The translations under genes were made by a program, and so were the position numbers. The notes under the pieces are model-generated. The model was not told where the DNA came from, made no database searches, and worked only from the letters and a program-made list of their open reading frames with translations. From positions 109,163 to 141,162 of the forward strand of contig JAITBP010000003.1 in the NCBI GenBank assembly GCA_031283585.1: a DNA stretch of 32,000 nucleotides, written 5' to 3'. Source of the stretch: Puniceicoccales bacterium. GTDB taxonomy: Bacteria; Verrucomicrobiota; Verrucomicrobiia; Opitutales; LL51. Positions 16,795-25,756 of the stretch are shown here, in pieces (within the stretch, counting starts at the first letter, position 1; every line of letters begins with the position of its first letter).

Positions 16795-19700
16795 ATGGAT
16801 CTAATTAACTCCCTTGGAATAAATGGAAATGAGAAATCACAAATTCTTAAAGATAAATCTCTTTTGGAATATGTAAATCTTATGCTCCTGGCGATAGGGC
16901 AACCATGTTTTGGTAGTAAAGAAGATTGCTCAATAACGAAGATGGCTGCGCCATTATTGTCGATGGTCAATGAATTGCGCCTACGACAACATGGCAACTA
17001 TTGTCCTGCTGATCAACGAATTATAGCATTTTTAGATGAGTTTTTAAAGGACTTGCCGGTGGAAGAAAAACATGATTGGCTTCCCTGTTCAACATTTACC
17101 GTCGATCGCCATGGTATTTCAAGGGTTCTCTCGCTGCCACCGGATGCCGATGAGTTTCACTCAGAGTATATCTCTTCCTATCGGGTCCATCAGGGCATAT
17201 TGCATAATCCCAGGATAGATAGGCGCACCACCAAGGGCGTGTTCCATATAGTGGAAGGAGGCCTAGAAGTCCCTGCGGATAAATTAGCTGTACCGAAATT
17301 AGCCTTCTGTCGAATGCTAAAACACGCCTGTAATCCACCGAAGCAGTTACTGGAATTGCCATTCACAGCCACACAGCCTAAAAAAGCTTATACCTTTGTA
17401 TCTGGCTATCTCAGGCCAATAGTATGCCCGAAGGTTCCTGGTTATTGCAATGAGATGTGGATGGAAGTAAGATTTTTTACACCCGGTTCCCTGGTCAATT
17501 TTCTTGATATGGTCGAGAGCATTTTTGGCAGCGCTGGTTGCCCATTTCTGGCTGAAAATGATGCAGCTTTCATGCCAGATTCCTGGACGGGCCATACCGG
17601 TTGCATAATCGTTGCTCCTCATCTTACCCAGTTGACAAAAAAGGAACTTGGGCTGCCACATGTTTCGGAAGCCACTGATAGACAAAAACGTGACGGTATG
17701 TGTTGGGAAAAAGCAGACGAATTATATCATGACGGGCAACCGTTCAAAATAATGGCGAGAACCAATGATGGTGTGGTGATTTCGATCATCGCTGATAGCT
17801 ATAACGGCTATGGTAAAAAGGAAATAAAAACCCATATAAGCTATTCGGCAAATCTTATGGGGCTCTGTGAGGAAGAACATTCAGGTGGCGCAATTGCTTT
17901 TGCAAGGTACGATCTGGGTGATGACTTCTCGATGGATTATATAGAGCATTGTAATCAAACCATGCAGCGTTTTTTGAAAGAATATGGCAATTTAGTCATA
18001 TTAAAGGATGATGGTTATGCCGTCGACAGGAAGTTCAAGGATATAATATATGTACCAGAGGATGCCCATTTCTCGATGATGGATCAAAAAATTTCTTGGT
18101 CGCTCAACGGCCACAAAAAGGCTATAAATCTTGTGCCAGGTTGTACTTATATATTACCCTGTGGCTATCAGATCGAATTGCTTAGACCAAAAGGTGGTGA
18201 TGGTTGGCGAATGATCGGTACCCGGGGCGATGGCGTGTTTTGCCATAAACCGTCAACGGTGTCAGGCGGTGGTAAGTCAGAGATTTCTAAATCTATTTCT
18301 GACAACATATTACTTGGGAGTGTTGTCAGCGTAGAATTTGATAAAGACTGCGATGCGGTCGATGATATCATAAGACATGACTACAGCAACAGATATAAAA
18401 TCAATAAAAAGGCGGATTTGCCTATTTTAGATAGAAGGCGTTCCCTGGGCTCGGTCATAAAGATGTTTACCCAGAATGAAGAGCATTCCAATGAACATAA
18501 TTCTTGGCTGAGAACTATCCCTCCACATATAAAGGATCTGTTATATGTGTTGAAAGCACACTATCGTGATAGTTGGGGAACCGATTGGCGAAAGTATTTT
18601 TCGGTGGATTTTATAAATGGTACCAATGGCAATGAACTAAAGTATCTGAATAATAAATTGGTTGCCCACTACCTTAGGATTGGACTGATTGGTGATAAAT
18701 ACTGGAGGACGTTTACATTACGTCACGATTTTTACCCAGCCAAAAAAATACAGATGGAAGACGATATAACGGCCACAACGGTGGTTTCAACCAGTAAATT
18801 GGCTGGATTGAATAAGCCGTTCAAGTCGGTAAAATTTGTTGAAAACTGTGAATTCAGGTTATATCAAAGGCCAGACGATGCGATTATACCAGGCTATGAT
18901 AATGGTGCTGAATTGGATATGACATTGCCAGATACCTTTTTATGTAATTACCATCCGCTTACCAAATCTGAGGTGGCAGAGATGGCCAAGGATAACATCG
19001 GGTTTTCCAAATACACCGAGCCGATGCAAAAGTTTCTGTTGAGTTTTTTGAATAGCGATGAGTCACCAAAGTATGTGGTATGTCCATCCAGATTAAGAAA
19101 GATGCCAGATGGTAAATTCAGTACAAATCCAAGATATCTTCAGACCAGGGAGGATATTCTAGATCCTAGAGCCATTCATATAATGACCATGGGTGCACGG
19201 TTAGTCAACCAACTTACCAGTAATCAAAATGTGTATCATGCGGTGGATGTGGTCGTTGCCGGACGCAGGAATAATCCTCCAGAGAAAGGAATAAAACCTC
19301 TATGTGTTCACAGCCCATTGCACTACTTGGAGCTGCCAGAATTGTTCATGGAGTTTGCCTCAAATATGACCGGAAAGTCACCGTCAACTACCGGTGCTGG
19401 CTTGGAAGGAGTTATGACCAAGGGGCCGTTCAATTGTTTGAGCACAATAATAGATCTCAACAATACTTTGGTTAGTTTCCTTGTCACCGGCTATGCTGGT
19501 TTCATATCTTCAGCAGGTTGTATTGGTCCGAACTTTAGGATTGGCCACGATATATCCTATCTGATTCCTGAGATAGTGTGTCGAATGACAGCCATGGAGA
19601 GGGATCCGGCCTATCTTATAGAAAATGGATTTCTGGAAAGATGCAGCGACATGGTACATAGAGGTAAGACCATTGCTAGCAGTAGGCTAGGCTATCGCAT

Positions 19701-20235
19701 AACAAAAAAATTTGTGTCGGCATTTTTAGGCAGGATATTATCGAGTCCGGATACGGTGATTTCCGACGAAATGCTAAAGCCAGAACTACAGGATATGAAT
19801 GTTTTTGCCGATAGCATGGAAAATATAGTCAATGCTCATCAGCGGGCTGCAAGTATATTTTTTGAGGATGGATCTATAGCAAAGGCCTGCCCGCCGCTAA
19901 AAGCTCTGCTCCATATAATGGCCAGGGGAGACTACGAAGGAATGACATTGTCCTCACCGGAATTCAGGGCCATGTTTTCAAATGAAAATATCCTAAACAG
20001 CGACTGGTATATCGAACGGCTTCGTGCTAGCAAAGAAGTAACTTTAAATCGCTATAAAAAATGCCTAAATTATATGAAGTCGTTTTGTGATGCTTACAAT
20101 AACAGTTCGATTATAGGCTCTCTTGGCCTGGATGCGACGATAAAAAAAACAACCTCAACCGTTAATGCATTGTCCAGGGACACGAAAGCCAGCCTGGCAT
20201 TAGGTACAATAGGCGCCGATCCAGCGGTGCTTTAA
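16795..20235 (+). CDS. Large (1146 aa from ATG 16795) soluble enzyme with PEPCK-like motifs. It is a candidate PPi-dependent phosphoenolpyruvate carboxykinase.
   Basis: The CDS itself is certain: an uninterrupted 3.4-kb ORF. The product call is tentative. SYNGYGKKEIKTHISYSAN (nt ~17797..17853) resembles ATP-PEPCK YGGEMKKG..MHCSAN and GTP-PEPCK YGGNSLLGKKCFALR. VSGGGKSEIS (18259..18288) resembles the PEPCK kinase-1a P-loop GLSGTGKTTLS. The ~130 kDa size fits the PPi-type PEPCK family. No TM segments or signal peptide are present. Confidence 0.45.
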   Translation: MDLINSLGINGNEKSQILKDKSLLEYVNLMLLAIGQPCFGSKEDCSITKMAAPLLSMVNELRLRQHGNYCPADQRIIAFLDEFLKDLPVEEKHDWLPCSTFTVDRHGISRVLSLPPDADEFHSEYISSYRVHQGILHNPRIDRRTTKGVFHIVEGGLEVPADKLAVPKLAFCRMLKHACNPPKQLLELPFTATQPKKAYTFVSGYLRPIVCPKVPGYCNEMWMEVRFFTPGSLVNFLDMVESIFGSAGCPFLAENDAAFMPDSWTGHTGCIIVAPHLTQLTKKELGLPHVSEATDRQKRDGMCWEKADELYHDGQPFKIMARTNDGVVISIIADSYNGYGKKEIKTHISYSANLMGLCEEEHSGGAIAFARYDLGDDFSMDYIEHCNQTMQRFLKEYGNLVILKDDGYAVDRKFKDIIYVPEDAHFSMMDQKISWSLNGHKKAINLVPGCTYILPCGYQIELLRPKGGDGWRMIGTRGDGVFCHKPSTVSGGGKSEISKSISDNILLGSVVSVEFDKDCDAVDDIIRHDYSNRYKINKKADLPILDRRRSLGSVIKMFTQNEEHSNEHNSWLRTIPPHIKDLLYVLKAHYRDSWGTDWRKYFSVDFINGTNGNELKYLNNKLVAHYLRIGLIGDKYWRTFTLRHDFYPAKKIQMEDDITATTVVSTSKLAGLNKPFKSVKFVENCEFRLYQRPDDAIIPGYDNGAELDMTLPDTFLCNYHPLTKSEVAEMAKDNIGFSKYTEPMQKFLLSFLNSDESPKYVVCPSRLRKMPDGKFSTNPRYLQTREDILDPRAIHIMTMGARLVNQLTSNQNVYHAVDVVVAGRRNNPPEKGIKPLCVHSPLHYLELPELFMEFASNMTGKSPSTTGAGLEGVMTKGPFNCLSTIIDLNNTLVSFLVTGYAGFISSAGCIGPNFRIGHDISYLIPEIVCRMTAMERDPAYLIENGFLERCSDMVHRGKTIASSRLGYRITKKFVSAFLGRILSSPDTVISDEMLKPELQDMNVFADSMENIVNAHQRAASIFFEDGSIAKACPPLKALLHIMARGDYEGMTLSSPEFRAMFSNENILNSDWYIERLRASKEVTLNRYKKCLNYMKSFCDAYNNSSIIGSLGLDATIKKTTSTVNALSRDTKASLALGTIGADPAVL

Positions 20236-20274
20236 CCTAAATACTTCCTAGGGCGTTGCTGATCTGGTTATCTA

Positions 20275-20859
20275 CTATAGGGTTCTATCGATCGAGATCA
20301 TTATAGAATCTGGGATAACCCATTTATCCTGACCATCTTCTTTTATTTGTTTTGGGGCTGTCTTACTTTCCCATTGACCATCATTGGTAATGTATAGGTA
20401 CCTTAGCCCATTGCAGTTGTTTAGTATTTCCACTTCGGTGGGGGTATCAGAATCGGTGCTATTGGAGGTCTTATAATGAATGGATAATTTTTTATCATTT
20501 AGTACTAGCCAATACTCTACATGTTTAATATCGGTATGATTGGTGTCTGCAACAAACGGTTGATAGTTGCTATAGGCCTTCCAATGCAGATAGGTGGTGA
20601 GGTCGTTGCCAGTTGGCAAAGGTGAAAAATCCATTTCATATACAGATTCGAAGAGTGCTTTGAGTATTTCTTCGGTGATGATTCTGTTTGCCGAATATTC
20701 TTTTTCTCTGTACAAATCCTGCTTTTTTTCTCGGCTCCACATGGTCATGAATGTTATTACTGTGGACGCACAGCCGGTAAGAACTATAGCGCCTATGCTC
20801 AGTGCTAATAACATTTCCATTAAGGTGAATCCGCGAGATCTCCTCATAATTTTCGCCAT
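20275..20859 (-). CDS. Prepilin-type N-terminal cleavage/methylation domain protein (pseudopilin-like)
   Basis: 194 aa. The sequence MAKIMRRSRG|FTLMEMLLALSIGAIVLTG has a basic leader, a Gly at -1, Phe at +1, Glu at +5 and a hydrophobic helix. This is the class III signal cleaved by prepilin peptidase. Confidence 0.75.
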   Translation of the reverse strand: MAKIMRRSRGFTLMEMLLALSIGAIVLTGCASTVITFMTMWSREKKQDLYREKEYSANRIITEEILKALFESVYEMDFSPLPTGNDLTTYLHWKAYSNYQPFVADTNHTDIKHVEYWLVLNDKKLSIHYKTSNSTDSDTPTEVEILNNCNGLRYLYITNDGQWESKTAPKQIKEDGQDKWVIPDSIMISIDRTL

Positions 20860-20919
20860 AGTTTAGGGATTGTATTGCCGATGTCAAATGAATGAAATTG
20901 GATTATTTATTAAAAAGCC

Positions 20920-20948
20920 TTGACTGGCTAGGGTCATGATACTTAGAT
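20920..20948 (+). promoter_or_regulatory. Possible sigma-70-type promoter for rpmF-plsX-fabH
   Basis: TTGACT (20920..20925), a 17-nt spacer, then TTAGAT (20943..20948), 31 nt upstream of the rpmF ATG. The -10 element is poor. The spacer contains a GGCTAGG box. Confidence 0.25.
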
Positions 20949-20979
20949 CTATATCTATTGTTATTGTAATAGATTAAAA

Positions 20980-21168
20980 ATGGCACAACCAAAAAGAAAA
21001 CAGTCCAAGCAAAGAAGTCGTAAAAGGCGAGGAGCCAATAGGTTCGTTGTGCCGCAATTTTCCGTAGATAAATCCGCTGGAGGGTTGGTTAGACCTCATT
21101 ACGTAAATCCTGAGACTGGTATTTATAGAGGCAGACAGGTTATTGATTTGGACGATGATGCTGAGTAG
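20980..21168 (+). CDS. rpmF: 50S ribosomal protein L32
   Basis: 62 aa. It has the L32 signature MAQPKRKQSKQRSRKRRGANRF and sits in the classic rpmF-plsX-fabH position. It has no Cys residues, so it is the zinc-free form. Confidence 0.9.
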   Translation: MAQPKRKQSKQRSRKRRGANRFVVPQFSVDKSAGGLVRPHYVNPETGIYRGRQVIDLDDDAE

Positions 21169-21182
21169 TCCACAGTTTTCTG

Positions 21183-22220
21183 ATGTATAATCAACAAAGG
21201 TCTGTTGCCATTGATGTAATGGGATCTGATGCCGGGCCTGAAGAAATTCTTCAGGGTATTTTAATGGCTGTGGACAGCTATGCTGAGTTAGCCAACATCG
21301 TATTGGTTGGTGATAGTGAAATTATTACCAAATACATGGCCAAGTACAGGTGCGCCAGATCTGAAAAAATTTCTGTGGTTCATGCCTCGGAGGTAATAGC
21401 CATGGACGAAAAACCATTGATTGCGCTTAAAACCAAGAAAGATTCATCTATGTTAAAAGCCATAGAGCTTGTAAAAAATGGCTCTGCTTCGGCCATGTTG
21501 AGCTGTGGCAACACTGGTAGTTTAATGGCAGGAAGTACGCTGAAGATAAGAATGAAGGATGGCGTTGATCGACCGGCCTTGGCATCGATTATACCTTCAA
21601 TGGATGGCCGTTTTATACTAGTAGATGTGGGTGCTAACCCAAATTCCAGTGTTATCAATATGGCGCACAATGCCGTGCTTGCGTCAGTGTATTGTAAGTC
21701 TACGTTGAAAATTGAAAAGCCAAGGGTTTCGCTTTTGACCATAGGCACCGAGGAAGGAAAAGGTAATGATCTGACCCAATTGGCCCACGAAGTCCTCAAA
21801 AAAATGAATGGATTGATTTCCTATATTGGGTTAGTAGAAGGATTTCAACTTTTTGACAACTATGCCGATGTGGTTGTCTGTGACGGGTTTGTTGGAAATA
21901 TATTGCTGAAGGCTTTGGAAAGTGTCGCTTTTACATTGGCCAATGGCCTAAAACATGAGATTAAAAAAAATCCACTTCGAATGTTTGGAGCTTTGTTGGC
22001 TAGTGGAGCATTTAGGGCTTTAAAGTCCAGGTTAAATCCAGAAAAATATGGTGCAGCTCCGTTGCTTGGTCTGAAAGGAATCGTCCTAAAAGCCCATGGA
22101 TCAAGTAATAAGAATGCCATAAAAAATGCGGTTAAGATAGCTTCCGATCTTTCCATCAATGGCATAAACGAAATGGAGCTTGATTTGATTGCCAAGACCA
22201 ACGAGATTATCGGTCTCTAG
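21183..22220 (+). CDS. plsX: Phosphate acyltransferase PlsX
   Basis: 345 aa. It has VAIDVMGSDAGPEEILQG, LSCGNTGSLMA, CDGFVGNILLKALE and GIVLKAHGSS. Confidence 0.9.
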   Translation: MYNQQRSVAIDVMGSDAGPEEILQGILMAVDSYAELANIVLVGDSEIITKYMAKYRCARSEKISVVHASEVIAMDEKPLIALKTKKDSSMLKAIELVKNGSASAMLSCGNTGSLMAGSTLKIRMKDGVDRPALASIIPSMDGRFILVDVGANPNSSVINMAHNAVLASVYCKSTLKIEKPRVSLLTIGTEEGKGNDLTQLAHEVLKKMNGLISYIGLVEGFQLFDNYADVVVCDGFVGNILLKALESVAFTLANGLKHEIKKNPLRMFGALLASGAFRALKSRLNPEKYGAAPLLGLKGIVLKAHGSSNKNAIKNAVKIASDLSINGINEMELDLIAKTNEIIGL

Positions 22221-22269
22221 GTTTTATTGCTTGTAAAAAAAAGATTGGCATCAATTATCGGCCTAGATT

Positions 22270-23256
22270 ATGCCTGAAGCTATTTATATAAATGGGATTG
22301 GATCCTATCTCCCAGAAAAAATTTTGACTAACTACGACATTGCTAGGGTTGTTGACACTTCAAATCAGTGGATAGTTGAGCGCACAGGCATAGAATCTAG
22401 ACACATTGCTGCCGAAGCGGAAATGACATCTCATATGGGCTTCATGGCTGCCAAGGCCGCATTGGTTGATGCGAACCTGACTCCGGCAGAAATAGATATG
22501 ATAATACTGGCAACCATGGCTCCTGATATGCTGTGTCCCTCAACCGCTTGTATTGTGCAAAACCTCTTGGGTTGCAGTCAAATACCAGTCATGGACATCA
22601 GCGCGGCCTGTTCGGGATTCCTGTACATTTTAGATGTGGCCTGTAGTTATTTGCTAAGCCACAAGAATTACAAAAATATTCTGATTATTGGTAGCGAGAA
22701 GCTATCATCGATGGTTGACTGGGAGGATAGGTCAACCTGTATTTTATTTGGGGACGGAGCCGGAGCTGCCGTGATAAGTAAAGGAGATTATCATGGGGTT
22801 ATGGATGTGCTTATCGGTGCCGATGGCTCGGGTGCCTATATGTTGACTATACCAGCAGGTGGTTCAGCCAGACCAGCTTCCGAGATGACTGTCAAAAACA
22901 GAGAGCATTTTATAAGAATGGATGGTCAAGAGGTCTTTCGCAATGCCATAAAATATATGGGCGAGGCTATTGATATGGTTTTGAAGAGGAACAACCTAGC
23001 CATCGATGACATAGCCTGTGTGATCCCTCACCAGGCTAATATTAGGATAATAAATATGATCGCCGAACGGTCCAATATTGGCCAGGATAAGCTGTTTTGT
23101 AACATCGATCGTAGAGCAAACACCTCGGCGGCTTCTATACCCATAGCATTGGCCGAAGCTGCAAAGATTGGAAGGATTAGGTCCGGAGATCTGATTTTGC
23201 TTGTGGCGTTTGGCGCTGGAGTGACCTGGGGTGCATCTATTATAAAATGGAAGTAG
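22270..23256 (+). CDS. fabH: 3-oxoacyl-ACP synthase III (canonical FabH)
   Basis: 328 aa. It has IERTGIESRH, DISAACSGFLYIL (Cys), IPHQANIRIINMI (His), ANTSAASIPIAL (Asn) and AFGAGVTWGA. Confidence 0.9.
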   Translation: MPEAIYINGIGSYLPEKILTNYDIARVVDTSNQWIVERTGIESRHIAAEAEMTSHMGFMAAKAALVDANLTPAEIDMIILATMAPDMLCPSTACIVQNLLGCSQIPVMDISAACSGFLYILDVACSYLLSHKNYKNILIIGSEKLSSMVDWEDRSTCILFGDGAGAAVISKGDYHGVMDVLIGADGSGAYMLTIPAGGSARPASEMTVKNREHFIRMDGQEVFRNAIKYMGEAIDMVLKRNNLAIDDIACVIPHQANIRIINMIAERSNIGQDKLFCNIDRRANTSAASIPIALAEAAKIGRIRSGDLILLVAFGAGVTWGASIIKWK

Positions 23257-23319
23257 TTTTTGATTGAGAATATGTAATTGGTAATTTTACTGTGGGGCAT
23301 TTAACCCTAGGACATTTGC

Positions 23320-24594
23320 ATGTTGAATAGACGTTTAGTTTTTTGTTATTTATCTCTTATATCTTGTGCTGTAGTTACTTCTTGTACAGTTCCCCGGGAA
23401 GCTACCCACCAGGGCAGTCGTAGAGCAAGGATACTTGCGAAGAACGCCTGGAGCCCTGATATGGTCATAAAAAAGTTTATGGAAGCTGAAGATCTTTACA
23501 GGCGAGGCGATCTTAAAGGGTCTCTAAAAATATGTGATAAAATTATAAAAAAACATAAGGATTCGCCAATCATTGCCGATGCACTGTTTTTGAGTGGTGA
23601 AATTTATCTGGCTAGGCATCAATACAATGACGCCTCGGATGCGTTTAATGAAATAGTATTAAAGCATAATAATAGTCCACTTTTTGAAGCGGCAGTTGTA
23701 AATCAATTCGATATAGGCCGAGCGCTGCACAGAGGTGATAGGCCTCATTATTTTGGTGTAATCCCTGGGTTTAAGGATCGCAATTCTGCTGTAAAATATT
23801 ATGAGAAAGTCATTAACAATGCGCCATTCAGCAACTACGCCCAGGATGCACTTTTTAATATTTATAAACTACAAAGAAGGGCAAAAAAGTACGATTTAGC
23901 CTTTGTCGCTCTGGACAGACTAATAGACGAATATCCCACTTCAACTTTGTTGCCCAGGGCCTATCTGGAGCTTGCCGATATGTACGAGTCTTTGGGTAAG
24001 GGGCCTGACTATGACCAGGAAGCGGTTTCTCTTGCGTTGAATTATTACAAAGACTTTATAGTTCTGTTTCCGACCCACGAAAGTGTTGGTTTTGTAAAGG
24101 AACGCATCGATAAATTATCCGCAGAGCTTATAGAAACTAACCTTAATATCGGAGATTTTTACTATAATGCCAAACATAATCCGAAGGCTGCCTATATTAT
24201 GTATAAAGCCGCCTCGGAAATTGATGGTGGCGATGACATTAAGAGCGAAGTACAGGCCAAGATGGATGGTCTTATTGCCGGGGTGCCACCGGCCAAGACA
24301 CCGGTGGATTTCCTGTTTAAAAAATATAAGGGCCAGGATATAGCAGAGTGGGTCAATAATGGTTGTGTAGATGTTTCTAACAATAATGTCATTCAAAAAG
24401 ATATGACACAGATTGGCATTGAAGGGTCCGCAGAGCAATCCGGGTCAGCCGATGCAAGTAATGGATTTGAACAGACGCAACATGATATAACTCAACCCAT
24501 CGCAGCCGATGATGAGACGCCTTATACCGACGAGGTTGCCGAGGATGACTTCGAAGATAATGTGATGCCGAATGAGGATGATCAAATAGACTGA
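23320..24594 (+). CDS. bamD: Outer-membrane protein assembly factor BamD-like TPR lipoprotein with a long C-terminal extension
   Basis: 424 aa. It has a signal peptide with lipobox-like LISC or VTSC. TPR/YfiO-like repeats run through residue ~300 (AEDLYRRGDLKGSLKICDKII..., SPIIADALFLSGEIY, YAQDALFNIYKL, LLPRAYLELADMY, NIGDFYYNAKHNPKAA). It is followed by an LptE-like lipoprotein gene. Confidence 0.65.
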   Translation: MLNRRLVFCYLSLISCAVVTSCTVPREATHQGSRRARILAKNAWSPDMVIKKFMEAEDLYRRGDLKGSLKICDKIIKKHKDSPIIADALFLSGEIYLARHQYNDASDAFNEIVLKHNNSPLFEAAVVNQFDIGRALHRGDRPHYFGVIPGFKDRNSAVKYYEKVINNAPFSNYAQDALFNIYKLQRRAKKYDLAFVALDRLIDEYPTSTLLPRAYLELADMYESLGKGPDYDQEAVSLALNYYKDFIVLFPTHESVGFVKERIDKLSAELIETNLNIGDFYYNAKHNPKAAYIMYKAASEIDGGDDIKSEVQAKMDGLIAGVPPAKTPVDFLFKKYKGQDIAEWVNNGCVDVSNNNVIQKDMTQIGIEGSAEQSGSADASNGFEQTQHDITQPIAADDETPYTDEVAEDDFEDNVMPNEDDQID

Positions 24595-25142
24595 TGTTTA
24601 AAATATTTGCACATTGCCTGGTGATTTTTGCTTTGCTGTTAGGTGGTTGTACTTCAAATTACCATCTAGGCAAAAGCGAAACGCTTCCGTTTAAAAGTAT
24701 ATGCGTGCAAATAGTTGGCAATGAGTCGCTTGTTCCACAAATACAAGCTGTTATCACGAAAAGATTGGGTGATGAATGCGCCAAAGATAGCAGATTGGTG
24801 GTAACCAGTGATGCCGATGCAATTCTAAATGTGGTCATTCTTAGCTCTAGGCAAAATACATCGGCCACGTCTAGCAGCGATACAGGCTTAGCTTCTTATC
24901 TAACCATTTCGCTCAGTGCAGCTTGTACGCTAATCGATGGGAAATCCGGTACGGAGTATTTTTCAAAGGAAATTGTTTCCACCGAAGCGGATTTGTTGGT
25001 CGATAACGACTATCAGGCCAGAAAGGACCAGGTTATGCCAAAGATTTGCGATGAGTTGGCAAAAAAGATAGTCAACATGGTTATTCATCCTTGGATTGCC
25101 TATGAACCAAAAATTGATAGTTCCGTCAATATTTGCCGGTAG
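24594..25142 (+). CDS. lptE: LptE-like LPS-assembly lipoprotein
   Basis: 182 aa. It has a good lipobox, ALLLGGC. The mature N-terminus CTSNYHLGKSETLPFKSICVQIV parallels E. coli LptE (CGWHLR..., then a beta strand). The size and the alternating pattern (..LASYLTISLSAACTLID.., ..ICDELAKKIVNMV) fit LptE. The start ATG overlaps the bamD stop as TGATG. This is a pattern-level call only. Confidence 0.5.
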   Translation: MFKIFAHCLVIFALLLGGCTSNYHLGKSETLPFKSICVQIVGNESLVPQIQAVITKRLGDECAKDSRLVVTSDADAILNVVILSSRQNTSATSSSDTGLASYLTISLSAACTLIDGKSGTEYFSKEIVSTEADLLVDNDYQARKDQVMPKICDELAKKIVNMVIHPWIAYEPKIDSSVNICR

Positions 25143-25755
25143 CCATTCCAATTTACTGGCAACCCTGGCCACGATCAATGAAAGTGGCGTTAATATGGTG
25201 CATCTGGACATAATGGATGGTCATCTTGTGCCAAACCTGAGCTTTGGGCCAGAAACTGTTGCCGAACTTAGAGCGGCGAGTGATTTGTTTTTTGATACCC
25301 ACCTAATGCTGATGAATCCCGAGGATTTTGTGAAAAAATTTATTGATGCAGGTTCGGATTGCCTGACGATTCATGCCGAGTGTTCTTCGGACATTAGGTC
25401 TGTTTTTGATACTATAAAATCTGCCAATCGTCGCGTTGGCATTGCAATAAACCCAGGAACAAAAATTGACACAATTATCGATTATCTTAGCTATGTAAAT
25501 GTGGTGACCGTTATGTCCGTATGGCCAGGGTTCTGTGGCCAAAAATTCGAACCATCGGCCATTGATAAAATAAAACGCTTGGCTGCGTTTAGAAAAATAA
25601 ATAACCTGGAGTTTCTTATAGAGGTCGATGGAGGTATCAATGAAGATAATTGTAGCATTTGCTATGATGTTGGAGCTGATATAGCCGTGGTCGGAGCATC
25701 TTTTTTCGAAACAGAGGATAAGTATAATTTTATTAAAAATATGAAGATGAAGTAA
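25102..25755 (+). CDS. rpe: Ribulose-phosphate 3-epimerase
   Basis: Contains MNQKLIVPSIFAG, HLDIMDGHLVPNLSFGP, DTHLM, TVMSVWPGFCGQKF and EVDGGIN. ATG 25102 reproduces the conserved Rpe N-terminus. The track's TTG 25096 adds two residues. Confidence 0.9.
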   Translation: MNQKLIVPSIFAGSHSNLLATLATINESGVNMVHLDIMDGHLVPNLSFGPETVAELRAASDLFFDTHLMLMNPEDFVKKFIDAGSDCLTIHAECSSDIRSVFDTIKSANRRVGIAINPGTKIDTIIDYLSYVNVVTVMSVWPGFCGQKFEPSAIDKIKRLAAFRKINNLEFLIEVDGGINEDNCSICYDVGADIAVVGASFFETEDKYNFIKNMKMK

Positions 25756-25756
25756 A

